A stretch of DNA of 64,000 nt from Camelus dromedarius. Its lineage: Eukaryota. The stretch spans positions 106,084,001 through 106,148,000 of the forward strand of contig NC_087437.1 of NCBI RefSeq assembly GCF_036321535.1, written 5' to 3'. Below the pieces are notes generated by a model. It worked only from the letters and a program-made list of their open reading frames with translations, did no database searches and was not told the origin of the DNA. A program made the translations under genes and the position numbers. Numbering within the stretch: the stretch's first letter is position 1; each line of letters begins with the position of its first letter. Below are positions 26,723 through 39,743 of the stretch, piece after piece.

Positions 26723-27127
26723 ACAAATACATATATATAATTTATTTTATTTTCAAACAGCCTTTATTTTCACTAGTGTGTCTTGATTCTAGATGCATGA
26801 AATGCTCCGTCACACTCATGTCTGATGATTTGATGAGATTTCTGGACCCAAAAGGTTGAATGAAGCTATACTGATTCTCTCTCTTCCAATACCACGTGAT
26901 TTCAAGCACATATACTTTCAAATGAACAAGATAAATTCACGAAAAGCTGCCCCCAAAAAAGCAGAGTCTAATTATTTTTATATTATTTCCCCAAAAGGTG
27001 CCCAAGAAGAGCCTGGGGTAGAACCAGGTAGCTTAGCAAAGTAAATCCTACCCCCACCCCCGCCCATCCTGTTCACAGACCAGTCTAGTCAGCAAAATTA
27101 CAACATTTCTAACTAATACATCCAGGC

Positions 27128-27742
27128 GTTCATTTTATATAGCTGCCATAACAAATTACCCCAAATTTAGCCACTTAAAACAACACAAATTTATTATCTC
27201 ACAGCTCTGTAGGTCAGGAGTCTGGTGAGCTCAGCTGGTTCCTCTGGCCAGGGTTTCGCAGGCTGAGATCAAGTCTTTGGCAAGCTGGGCTCTTATCTGG
27301 AGGCTCTGAGAGCGTCTGTTTCCAAGCTCATCCAGGCTGTTGACAGAGTTCGGTTTTTGGGCTGTAGGGCTGAGGTCTCTGTTTCCTTCCTGGCTGTCAG
27401 CCAGCAGCCTCTCTCAGCTCCTTAATTCCTCAGCAGGTTGCCCCTCCACTTCAAACCGGCAACTTCCTGTTGAGTCCTCTTCATGCTTTGAATCTCTCTG
27501 AATTCTCCTTCTGCCTTATCTCTTCTGCCTCCAGCTGGAGAAAGTTCTCTGCTTTTAAGGGCTCATGTGATTTGGTTGGGCCCTCTTGGGTAAACCAAAA
27601 ATAATCTCCCTATTTTATGGTCAGTAACTTTAATTGCATCTACAAAGTCCCTTTTGCTATGTACCATAACATATTCACAGGTTCCAAGGACTGGGGCACA
27701 AACATCTTTAGGGGAGGCATAGGACCTTATGCCAACCACACC
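27128..27742 (-). mobile_element. MaLR LTR (MLT1E/F-like)
   Basis: GCTGCCATAACAAATTACCCCAAATTTAG...TTATTATCTCACAGCTCTGTAGGTCAGGAG...AACATCTTTAGGGGAG. Confidence 0.8.
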
Positions 27743-28670
27743 TCACGTCTACAAGGAGCTAAATGCAGAGGAGGGGAAGTATCGTCTTTCCCCTGTTCTG
27801 ACTCTAGAATACTACAAATGTAGAGAGAAACTGGTTTTAAAAAAAATAATAATGTTGGAGACGAGACCCAGAGTTATACATAACAAACTGGGGATCCCAC
27901 CTGTAATGCAAAGATATTCACCCCCAGGAATGGAGTACAACCCCCAACCAGGTCCAGTGGGTCCTGGAGTGGCCGCCCTGGTTTACACGATCTTGGAAGA
28001 GACAGCAGAGTTCAGGTCTTCCAATAATGGTGGCACAGCCCCTTAGCTGAGCTCTTCCTCCCAGTCACTGCTTAGCTTTACTGCTACCAAAAGGAGATGG
28101 ATCACCACAAATTTAGCACTCAAGTTGTGGAGGAAGTAAATATGTCAAAGGGATGGTGGAAAGGGAGGTAAGAATCTTCCCACACTCTATCAAATCAAAG
28201 CAAGTTTCTGGGCAAAGCCACCCAAGCATGAGTAAGCTAGAAAAAGGAATGGCCTGGGAAACATGCAGGCTACACAGAGGAAGGAAGAAAGAAAGCAAGG
28301 AAGAGAGGGAGGGAAGAAAGGATTAAGGGAGAGAAGGAGGAAAATACACATAACCTAAGGGAAAAAAATGCCCAAGTGCGTCAAACTATTCAGAATATTA
28401 ACAAAAATGCTCAAACATTTTTTTTTTAAGAATGACATGAGAGGATTGCAGGTTTAATGAAACAACTTGAGGGCCAAAATAATATTAGCAAAGACTTAAT
28501 GGATGAATTTTAAAAAACAGGAAACACAACACACATGGCTACAGACTGAATAATTGTCATGGAGGAAAGATGGAGACAGTCACACGGAAGACAGATGATA
28601 AAGAGATTAAAGCAATCAGAGAAAAACTAAAAATGAAGGAATCGAGGTAAAAAAGATAGACTGTCATAAC

Positions 28671-29230
28671 TGTTGTCTGAAATAGAAAACCCTCCAAATA
28701 ATGTTGGAAAAAAGTATTCGATGACACTTGTTAGAGATGGTAACGCAGACTTTATGCAGGACCACCGTGACAGGTATAGGGACCATTGCAATGGAATTTT
28801 ACAAGAGAAAGTGATTGGGCTCAACTCAGAAGACAGCCTGGGTCGGTGGGAATTTATAGCCAAGGAGCAGGGTGAGGGTCAGCGGACAGAAAATTTTTAA
28901 GAAGAAACATCAGGGGTAAGGGAGATTCTGGCTAAACTGACCTGACAGGATTCTTTGCTGAAGACAGGCCCGGATGAGAAAACACTCCCCGGGGGAAGGT
29001 GGGGGGGGGGGGGGGGGAGGGCGGTGAAGAACCAGGTCAGATGATCAGGTTTCAAAGGTGATCGGACATCGTGAAGGGTGAAGGGTCATGGTGCCAGGGG
29101 TGGTGGTTCTCATCAAACTGATATAGCCAAGTTCTTCCCAAAACTAGATTTTACAAGGAAGGTCACAGCTGGGCCTAGGAGGAGGTTCAGGAGCCTGGCT
29201 CAGGCTGGCTCAAGCAAGGACTCTTTATCA
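28671..29230 (-). mobile_element. ERV-type solo LTR (family not assigned)
   Basis: TG...CA bounded ~560-bp block with GGGCTCAACTC...GGGAATTTATAGCCAAGGAGCAGGG, resembling ERV1 LTR consensus sequences in reverse orientation. Confidence 0.6.
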
Positions 29231-31192
29231 ACCTCTTATTTCCCCCTGCTTCGTCTTTCTATTGAGAGAGGGAAGCAATACTCGGTTCTCTGAGAGGAAA
29301 AAATGTGGAACAGCTATTTCACCTTGAGTCTGTCCTTTCCTTCTGTTTTCCCCCGGGACAGATTGATTTACCTGACGGGTGAATTTGGAATAAAGGACTG
29401 GAAAGGCGTGGCTCTGTGCCCGCTGGCCCTTGCTTCTGACCTTCCTGTTTGTGGAGAGGTACAGCCAGCTCTCCATCTCAGGGCGACTCACAGGGCTGTC
29501 TGAGGGGCATGAAACACGGTGAGTAAGTCTGTCTAATGCAGGAGGACTATCAGAAATCCACTTGGCCTCAGCTCCCAAGGCATACTTTCCAGCTTTACTG
29601 TAATAAAGGTAGCATATTAAACTCTACTAATCTGTCTCCTGGGTCTTATTTCTTGCTTGTTTTCAAACTTGAGAAGGAAAGAAATGGGTAATACTCACCA
29701 GTCATCTTAAATCCAACAAAATATTTTTTATTAAAAATAGTCAAAGATATAATTTGGAAAAATCTTTCAAAAATGAAGAAAGAACCCAAATATGCCAAGT
29801 AAGAGTATACATATTTCAGGGACATCTGTGGCAGACTATGGCTCACTCATAACTATCTTTTTTAATTGATTGAACTTCAAGGATAAATGAAAAAAAAAAT
29901 TCACATACCCCTTTAGAAAAGGCAAATCTCTCTGAAGAGGGGCATAGAAATGAGTCTGGCTAAGATTTCCTGAAGGCAACTAACCACAAAGTCCTAGGGG
30001 AGGAAAGGCTCGCTCCAAACTATTGTTTAACAGAAGAGGCAAAAATCAAAAGCCTTTTTGTTTACTTCTTTGACATTTATACTTATGAAGTCTTTCACAT
30101 GCTTCTCAATTACATAAATACTTGCTCATATTGTTTTCCAATATCTCTGTTTTCTTTTTCTATTTAAATAGTAATTCCAACTGAAATTTATTTTAATTAT
30201 TATGGAAGCAAGAAATGGAGCTTAATCTCTTTCTGAATTTTTAGTAACTGTCTCAAAATAATTTTTAAATGATTTATTCTGTCTGACATTGGTAGGAAAT
30301 ATCAACTTAATGAAGACAATAAAAATCTATTGAGAACAAGATAGCCCAGGTTAACTATGCTAAATTATCTTCGACACATCATTCATCATCATTAATACAC
30401 AAAACACACATCTATTTCTGGACTTCCTACTCTATTTCTTTAGATTGATTTTGGACCGGGAATATACTGCTTTTATTAACAAAGCTTTACAATACATTTT
30501 AATGCCAAGAAGCTTAAATCTACCCCTTAATGCCTCCTCGCCCCATCCCACCCCAACCCCCCCCACACACACACACACACACATATATTCTTCTTCTATG
30601 GAAAAGTTTCTTTAGGTTTTCTCTCTCATTAAATTTTCACAACGAGCCTTAGGTGCATGAAACTGAGGTGACTGTAATTCTTGATCAATCATAGTTATTG
30701 GAACAGACTTATATTACTTTATTTATATAGCATTCATTCATTTATTGTTTAATAATGAAATAAAGACCCATTAATCCATCGCCCAGCCCAAGAACAGGAA
30801 CATTAATGGTAACTTACCCCTACCTGTGTCCTCCCCGTCCCATCCCCCTGCCTCTCCTTCCTACACACACACCTGCAGGTAACCACCATCCTGTTTTGTG
30901 TTTGTTATTTCCTCACTTTTTTAAAACAATTTTTACCAAACACTGTTTATTTCACTTGTTTTTTAGCTTTAGAATACATTAGTTTCATAGATAACTTTAA
31001 AATCATTTTGTCAAATCTGCCCCCTGAAAAACTTTCACAACTTTGATTGAAATACATCATATTTATAAGTGACTTGGGGAAGAGTTACCGCCTCTATAAC
31101 AATGAAACTTCATGAATTAGTGGTTATGACCATTTTCATTTAAAATTTCTCACTTTTCCTCCCTTCCCTTCTCTCTCTCTCTCCTCTCTCTG

Positions 31193-31227
<35 letters not shown>

Positions 31228-32899
31228 GTCTCTCACTTTCCTGTTGCTGTGGTTGTTTTTGTTGTTCTGCTTGAGGCTCATCTATTAATTGATCCTTTCA
31301 AGGAAGTGGGTTTGGAATATATATACTAAATTTGGTTTTAAATTCATAATTTTCTGCTTTAATCTTTTTTGTTCTGTCCTACTGTTGGTTCTAGATTCCT
31401 TGTATAGCCCTCTTTTAAATTCTTGTTTTAACACAACCCGTTTAAGCTTTATTTTTTCTTATTTAATAAAATAAATAACATGTTTAAAATTCTTGAGTAC
31501 AATCTTACTACTCTGGTTGTCACTTCATTCTAAATATTCTGTAATTCCTCTAGATCTGGAAGTTACACAGATAAGGTTTTTTTTATTTCCAAATGATTGG
31601 ATCTTTACATCAAACTTATATTGTTAATTTTTGTGTGTCCTACATCATGTTCAGGGGTTGTGTGTTGTAACTGTTCTGCTTTTTTATAACACGTTGAGTT
31701 TATGTGTCCTAATATGTGATCATGTTGTAATGTCCTATGAACATATTCTTTGTGTACAGGACACAAAAACTGTCAATGATATCTACATTACTTAAGTGGT
31801 TATTAGTGAAAGAATATGATCTCTAGAATATGCTCTGAAATACAACAGCAATAACTCACTAATGAAATGCATACATCCTTAAAGAGGTAGAGACAGATGA
31901 AAAAAGAATGGCAAAATGTGAGTTTCCCCTTTACTATATGGTAATGGTTTTGCTTTGGGTGCCAGCTTTCTTTTGATTTGTATTGACCAGTGCTCATTCT
32001 TTGACTTCTAACTTTTTAGGTGATTTTGCTTAAATAGTACCTTTTTTCAATATCATTTTGTTGAATTTTTAAATCCTACGTGAAAGGATTGTTCTTTTAA
32101 TAAAAGAGTTTAACACATTTATAAATATTGTCACAATTTATATATTTTATATTAAATGTATCCTTTAATGCTACTTTTAATCATTTCTTGTTTACAATTT
32201 ACAATATGATTCAGCTATCTATGCTAGTCTCTAGTAAAGAGAAAAATGTTGTTTTTTAAAATTCTATTTATGGTTACATTTACATTTTTAAATCATTTTG
32301 TAATCTATAAGTCCAAATTTCAGAATCAAGAATGACTCATATATTCAGTCAACACATATTGAGCCCTTACTCTTGCCAACTACTGTAATGAGATTTGAAA
32401 ATCAAATGGTAAAAATGATAAACCTGGTGCTTATCCGTAAGTAGCTTGAAATCTAGTTGGAAAATAAGCACGTGAACTGAGAGTTACAACTCAGTATTCC
32501 ACGGGCAACTGTAGGAAAGCAAAAGATGCTACAGAATCACATAGGAGAGACCCCACCTTGACTGAGCTACTCAAAGAACATTTAATGGAGGAAACGACAT
32601 CCAAGCCAAGACCCTAAGATTGATAGGAGTCAATCAAGATCTTGTAAGAGTTAGTATTTAACTTAGAACATATTTCATTGTCTCCCCTACTCTCACTACT
32701 CAGTTGTTGTTATTATCTTATGTTTTATATTTAGATGTTTGCTATTAGTTTACCATTTTGCATTCAGGAGAAAATATTGCCTTTTTTCTCAGATTTTAAC
32801 AAGATAAGTTATCTACATCTTTCAGCGAGCTTTAGTGCTCATATCCAGACCTTTTAAGCCATTATCTTGCTATTCTTTAGTTACTGTTTCCCCTGAAAA

Positions 32900-34330
32900 A
32901 AATTATAGCTAAATATTTTTCCCTGAGCTCTGTATCTAATTCTTCCTCCATATCTTTAGGGATAGTCCTAAATTAATTATCCCTTCCTGACCATATACTT
33001 AGCTGTCTCTCTCTTTCTAGCTCTTTTCCTTCAGCATATTAATCTCCTCATCAGTGTTTCTGTTTAAAAAGTCTTGCTTTTTGACCCTCTGTGTCTTATA
33101 GCTACTACCATACATCATTCTCGTCAATGCCAAACTACTTCCTACTTGAAAAAGTTGTCTACAACCTTATGTCCCATTTATAAACATGCATCTCCTCTTC
33201 AAACCACTGCTGTAAGACGGTTTCTATCCTCACTTTCTCCTGGACCTGCTCTCACTAATATTATCAAAGATCTTCCAGTTGCCAGATTCAAAGAAAATGT
33301 TAAAGTTTTTATGTTACTTGACTTTCCTGCTGCACCTAAATCTGCAGAACATCCCCATGTCACAAAACTCCCTCCTTAGCTGGGGGTTTTAAAACTCTTC
33401 TATGGTTTTCCTCCTTTCTTGTCCTTCCACTTCTCTCTCTTCCTTCAATCATCTCATAAGTATTGAGGTTCTCAGACTTTTTGAGGTTGAACAGGCCTTT
33501 TTCCTCATCTCTTCTCTTCCCACACTAATATTTTCCTATCTGATATTATGTAATCTCCAGGGCATCAAATAATACCTATATGCCAGTGACTCCAAAATAT
33601 ATATCTGAAACCAAACTAATTGTGCACTCATGTCTACCCTTGGATGTCCAGTAAGCACCTTAGTTCAATGTGACCATCTTCCTCTCAGTACTCTTTTCCT
33701 GTATTTCCTGTATTTTTCTCTTCTCCCAAACCAGAAGCCTCAGAACCACCCCTAAATCATCCTCCTCCCTGACCCATATGTCAGGTATCAAATACTACTA
33801 GTTCTACCTTTCAAAGTTATAGCTTCTTCTCTGATTCCCTGACTTAATTCTCTGACTACGGATTTAGTTCAAGTTCTCATAACTTTACAAGAATCATTCC
33901 TCACAGAATTATTTCTCTTAAAACTAAATATGGTCATGCCACTTATGCATTTACGTCTTTCAATAATTCTTGACTGCCTTGAGCAGAATATTCAAATCCC
34001 TTAACCAGGTATACAAGTCGTTTCTGACCTACCCGCTTCTGGTAATTGCAGTCTCATCACTACCCCCAACTCACACACACAGGTTCACACAGTTTTCCCC
34101 AAGAGAGCACTTTCTCCCTCTGCAAATACAGTTTCCTCTAGCTGAAAATTGAAAAGCCACCTTTTCTTCTTTACCTGACTAATTCCTACTTATCCTTTCA
34201 GATAGCTCGTATGTTATCTCTTATCCTCTTTACCAGTCTGTGTGTGACAATTTCATCCCCCGATCTGGCTACATATTTCTTTCAAGTGTTTATATCACTC
34301 TTAGAATCAATTTTATTGTAACAATTATAA
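32900..34330 (+). mobile_element. L2 relic
   Basis: Pyrimidine-rich L2-like motifs (CTATATGCCAGTGACTCCAAAAT, TGGATGTCCAGTAAGCACCT, AATTCCTACTTATCCTTTCAG). Confidence 0.65.
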
Positions 34331-34350
34331 CATCTAAAATTACCGTCTCC

Positions 34351-34645
34351 AGACATAGAAAAGAAACTCATGGCTACCAAAGGGGAAAGGTAGGCAGGGA
34401 TAAATTAGGAATTTGGGATTAACAGGTGCACATTACTATATATAAAATAGATAAACAGTAAGAACCTACTGTATAGCACAGGAAACTATATTCAATATTT
34501 TGTAATAACCTATAATGGAAAAGAATCTGAAAAACAATAGATAAATATATATATGTCTAACTGAACCACTTTGCCATACCCCTGAAACATTGCAAATCAA
34601 CTGTACTTCAATAAATAAAATAAAATAAAACAAAATTTAAAAAAA
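34351..34645 (+). mobile_element. L1 3'UTR fragment
   Basis: AGACATAGAAAAGAAACTCATGGCTACCAAAGGGGAA...AATCAACTGTACTTCAATAAATAAAA. Confidence 0.85.
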
Positions 34646-35625
34646 GACTGCCTCCAATATTCATCTAAGAATTCACTGAGGGTAGGAATCACCTCTTATA
34701 AACCTTTCTGCCCTGAGAGCCTATCACCAACGCCCTGTGGTGAAGATGTAGATCTATAGATTTACATGAATAAAGAACAAGTAGTTCAACACAATTGCAC
34801 TGTGAGGACATAAAATAGCCAGAACATGGAAAAAACTGGTATGTCAGATAAGTTCTTTGAAAGTCACCAAGGTCATTTTAACAGGAAATACAATGACCAA
34901 ATGTACATGTTTAAAACCTCATCCTCACAGCTATGTGGTGAATAAACCATAAAACTGGAGGAAGTAAGCACTTTGAAATAGTTCCAGTGAATAACTGTGA
35001 AAACCAGGTTGATGACAGCAAGGATGGCAAGTGGGAGGCAGATACAAAAGGTATTTGGAAAGTAAAGTGAATAGCGGTAAATGGCCAATTCAATATAGAG
35101 ATTAATGAGGCATGAAGAACCAAGAGCATCTCTAAGACTTCTGGCTTGAGTGATTAGGAAGATAGATTATTCACTTTGTAAATCATATTAAGCATATGCT
35201 CTAAACAGACAATATACCAAGTGCTTAGACCACGAGATAAATAAATGAAACACAGTCCCTGCCCTTCAGAGTGTTCAGAGAAAGAGATGAACGCATAATA
35301 GGACATTATCATTGTCATATTAGATCTATAGGCAGGGTCTCATGGGGGGGGGGAGAAAGAAAGAAAGTACTTAACTCTGCTTGGGAAGAAGTAGTTCATA
35401 AAACTACTCACAGTGAAATAAATGCCAAGAAGAATGATGTATGGTCAACTGAAGTAGGGAATTCAGGAAGTGGAGCAGAATCAAAATAAGAAAGGGATGA
35501 CTGAAGCTGAGATTGAGTGGCCTGTTGGGTAATCTGGGCACAGCCATTAGGCAGCCAGGATCCAGAGTCTATGGGAAAGAGCTGAGCTAGCAACTTCTCA
35601 CACCAAGATTATCACAAAGGCCTCG

Positions 35626-36059
35626 TACATTCTTTTCTGTAGCTGCCGTAACAAATTACCACAAACTAGGTGGCTTGAAACGACAGAAATTTATTCTCAG
35701 AGTTCTGAAGGCCAGGAGTTTGAAGTCAAGGTCTGGGTAGGACTGTGCTCCCTCTGAAAGTTCTAGAGGAAAATCCTTCCTTGCCTCTTCCAGCTTCTGG
35801 AGACTGTGAGTATTCCTACATTTGTGGCCTCCCCACTCCGCCTTCATGGCTACATTGCCTCCTCCTCTCTGTCTGTCTGCTCCTCTTCTGTCTATCCCAG
35901 TTCTCCCTCTGTCTTTCTCTTACAATCTAGGATGATCTCCTCATCTCAGGATACTTAATTGTAACTACAAAGACCCTTTTTCCAAATAAGGTAACATTCA
36001 GAGCTTTTAGGATTAAGATATGGACATATTTGGGGGGGGGGACCATTCAGCCCACTACA
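35626..36059 (-). mobile_element. MaLR LTR (MLT1C-like)
   Basis: GCTGCCGTAACAAATTACCACAAACTAGGTGGCTT...TTTCCAAATAAGGTAACATTC...CATTCAGCCCACTACA. Confidence 0.85.
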
Positions 36060-36351
36060 GGCAACCTAAGTGAACTCCCCATTTTCACCACTGCAGTCAA
36101 TTCCCAAAACTGCAGCCAGTGAGATACTTAGAACTTAAATCAGACCAAGTCACTTCTCTGTTCAAATCCCTCTGTTGGCTCCCACTCCCAGTAACAGCCA
36201 AATGGTCTACCAAGCTTGAGTCTACCTGGCCCCCCATTACGTCTGTGGCCTCATCTCCTCCTTCTATACTTTATGTTCACTCCACTCCAGACACACCAGC
36301 CTCCTGGCTGTTCCTCAATATGACAGACATGCTCCATCTAATACACCAGAG

Positions 36352-39300
36352 TATGATGGTTAACTCTGTCCACTTGACTAGGTCATGGGGTGCCCATACC
36401 TTCAGTCAAACATTATTCTGAGTGTACTTGTGAGAGTATTTCTGAATGAGGTTAATATTTTTTTTAATTTTATCAATCATTTATTGTCAGTAAAAAGAAC
36501 TGGCTAATGGTAGTTTTCGGTAAAAACCTTTACAAGACCATTGCATCACAACTATACAAACACTATAAAAACTGTCATGATGGTTTTGGTTCTAAACAGC
36601 CATACTTCAGTGAAAAGAGACATATAGTGAAACGCCAGTTATATTTTAAAAAATCAGGATGCTAAGCAATGACACTAACACCAAAAACAAATGCACAAAA
36701 CATCTCGGAAGTCCAGTTCAAACTATGAAAAATCAAATCTGTATATAAAAATTACCAAAAAAAAAAAAAAGAAACCCAGGAAAATTAAAATAATCAAATC
36801 TATATAAATACATGAATCATGCTCCCAAGATGGGAGGACTGATTTTTGCCTCATGATTTTAACACAGACAAATGTAAACATAAAAAGTGTTCAGAAATGT
36901 CACAGCCAACGTAAACCTCATCTAAAAACAGCAGGCTAGGACACTGGAAATGCCTCATATGTCAAGAAGCATGAGATTCATGCTCCTTTCAGCTCACTGA
37001 AAAAAAATGCTTAGGCAATACAGAAAATTACTTATATAATCTCTTAGTTCATTAAAGTCCAGGCACTTTGGGGGAGTTTTGGCATCAGATTTCCATATGT
37101 TGCTGTGAATCTAGTGGCGGGATCATCACCTCTTCAAAGGGGCAGTCATCTGCACTCCCGTGGTCAGTCATCATGACCTTGGACTCCCCACACGGACGCA
37201 TCAGAGCAGGAAGGTGTGGACGCGAACACAGACACAGGCATGTTTTCTACAGTGGAGACGTTCACGTTTTCTTTGATAGCCTGGAGGGTAAGGGGCGTAC
37301 GGTTCCCTACAAGTGCTATTCTCACCAGTGCCTGCTTTTTGGGGTTCAGGCATATTGATGGGATGGAAACTGGGCACTGTTGTCACTGATTCAGGTTGAC
37401 CTTTGGCCAGTTTCTCAATGAAGAACCCAAACTACCTTCAGCCAGCATGTCTCTCAGAGGGTCTGCAGATTCACATTGCTCACTTAGTTCTGGAGGTCAC
37501 GGGGGCAGTTCATCAGGCACGCGAAAGTCTAGTGGTGGCAGAAAAATCACTTTCAATGTCGTAACCTTCAGGGTAATTGTCTATATCAATGGCATTTGGA
37601 TCTGTTGAGTACAGGGCTGTCTGCTCATCAGTAACTGGGGAATTCTTGTCTATCTGGGAGAGGAAAACTTGGCATCCAGTCCAATGTATCCTGGTGAGAC
37701 CCCTTGTCATCACACGATTCAGATGGAAAGGGACTAAGGGATTGCCCTTCACACAGGCTTTCCCAGGCACCGTGTGAAGAAGAAGGCCTTTCTTCTAAAG
37801 GTTTCTTGGAAAGACAGGAATCAAGATCACTACTTCAGTATGTAGTGGTGGAGTCCCTGTTAGGCTTCAGTATTGAGTCCCTGTCAGGAGGAGAGTTTGA
37901 AGGAGCAGCGGGAGGCAAGTGTAGAGCACCACACAGACGACCACTGCACTTCCGTGTCTGTGCTCAGGCTCAGGGTTAAAGGTGCTGAATTCAGGATGCT
38001 GTGGTATAACAGATCCTTCAAAAGAATTTCAGTAAAGGCTGTTCCTAGAATAACACTGAACGCCTAGAGTGTAGGAAATAGGATGGTTAGACACCTGGGG
38101 CGGTACGTCTAAGCAAACGTTCTTATTTAACTTTGACTCAAACCACAGTCTTTGCAGGAAAAGCCATGGACGGTCCCACATGTTTGTCTTCAGGTTCAGC
38201 CTGGTGTTTCTTCTTTCAACAACTCATCTTGCAGCAAAGGACGAACACCACCACCACCAATAAAAAGATCCTCATTATAAAAACAATCCTAATTCTTTCA
38301 GCCAAGCTAATACTTCATAGAGTCAACACATGTTGATTAAGCGTTGTGGTCTCCCAGTGCTTTCCGTCTGTACTCAAGGCTGCAGTTACACTGATAGGAG
38401 CCATGCGTATTCTCGTAAAAGTCCCTGTTATGGTAGGAGTTTCCAGCGCATTCACTGATGTCACTCTGACACATTTCTCCCCTAAAACCTGAATCATACT
38501 AACAAACAGTACCATCCCAACTGTCAAAACATATTCCACCATTTTTACAGGGTTCAATCTTTGCAACATGGACTGAGCTGGCACCTCTGACCAGTACATA
38601 ATCATCTACATTGGCAAACAAAGTCCACTGCCCACAGTGCATTACCACCACAAAGGCACAGATTGGAGGAACACGGACTTATGCTCACTTCACAATATGC
38701 CCCTATGTTGAAGGCACTGCAATTCTCAATACTAACCTCCAGCCGGTGATGGATTGCAAATGCCTTTACTCTGGCAAGGGTCACTTGGGCAGTCTTCTAT
38801 GGCTGACATAAGCCCTCGGGAGATATATACACCAATTCTTCAGTGTGTGCATAGCCTCTTGATTTTGCTATTTAAAGAGATATCCTGCCCATTCAAATAA
38901 ATTCAATCCATACAATACAGCCCCTGAAACCATGACTAACTTAGGGGCTTCTTTCATGCCTTGTGCCTTGCTGATGGATATGACTGCCAAAAAACACGTG
39001 GTTGATTATCCAGGTATAGGGTTTTCAGAGCCCCTGGGAATGTGCCTTGTGCTGTATTGACTTGGTCTAGAACCAATCTGTCATAGTTTCCATTCACTTC
39101 AAGGGACACTGTATGTCATAGCTCATCATTGGCTTGAATGTTTTAACAAACACAATTCCAGGGCCTCTTCCACTGTCAAATTAGTGTTGTAGTCTTTCAT
39201 TATGAATCTGCAAGATGCTATAGTCAGTTCCTCAAGCATACATTACAACTGCATGTAGAGAGTATGTTCTAAGCCTCGTGATCAGTTTCCAATTTGTTTT

Positions 39301-39743
39301 TATCCTCTAGATTACCATTTTAATAGGTAGATTGAGTAAAGCAGATCTTTCTCCCCAGTATGGGTGGGGCTTATCTAATTAACGAAGGGCAAAAGAGAAC
39401 AGAAGACTGATCCTTCTGCACAAGAAGGAACTCTTTTTGCTTGACTGTCTTTGAGTAAAAACATTGGCTTCTTCTTGCCTTCAAACTCAAACTGAACCAC
39501 AGGCTCTTCCTGGGTTTCAAACCTGGCAGCTTTTGGAATGGGACTAGACCTCTGGCTCTCCTGGGTCTCAGGTCTTAGGACACAGACTGCAACTAAACCA
39601 TCAGCTTTCCTGGATCTCCAGCTTGCCAGTTTAGCCTGCAGACCTTGGGACTTGCCAGCCTCCATACTGCATGAGCCAATTCTTTACAGTAAATCTCATT
39701 TATATATATATGCTGTAGATTTTCTCTGGAGAATCCTAATACA
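36352..39743 (+). mobile_element. MLT2-family (ERVL) LTR split by the FAT1 retrocopy (36352-36460 and 39309-39743)
   Basis: The 5' part TGATGGTTAA...CAAACATTATTCTGAGTGT...GAGGTTAATATTT resumes at AGATTACCATTTTAATAGGTAGATTGAGTAAAGCAGAT and ends with TTCTCTGGAGAATCCTAATACA, the typical MLT2 terminus. Confidence 0.85.
36458..39308 (-). pseudogene. FAT1: FAT1 processed pseudogene, 5'-truncated: laminin-G domain, EGF repeats, TM, cytoplasmic tail, 3'UTR and poly(A) remnant
   Basis: Minus-strand translations give FAT1 peptides: YSTDPNAIDIDNYPEGYDIESDF, PEPQKAGTGENSTCREPYAPYPPGYQ, CSAFNIGAYCEVSISPCSSNLCLCGG, and QQHMEI* (stop 37085-37087; FAT1 ends QQHTEV*). It is intronless, with many frameshifts and stops, AATAAA at 36480-36485 (- strand) and a T-run at 36458-36465. 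Confidence 0.95.

Noticed and set aside
37085..39308. Functional FAT1-derived CDS or retrogene
   Set aside because: Homology is split among frames by many frameshifts and stops, the 5' end is truncated, and conserved Cys/Trp residues and the HTEV motif are lost.
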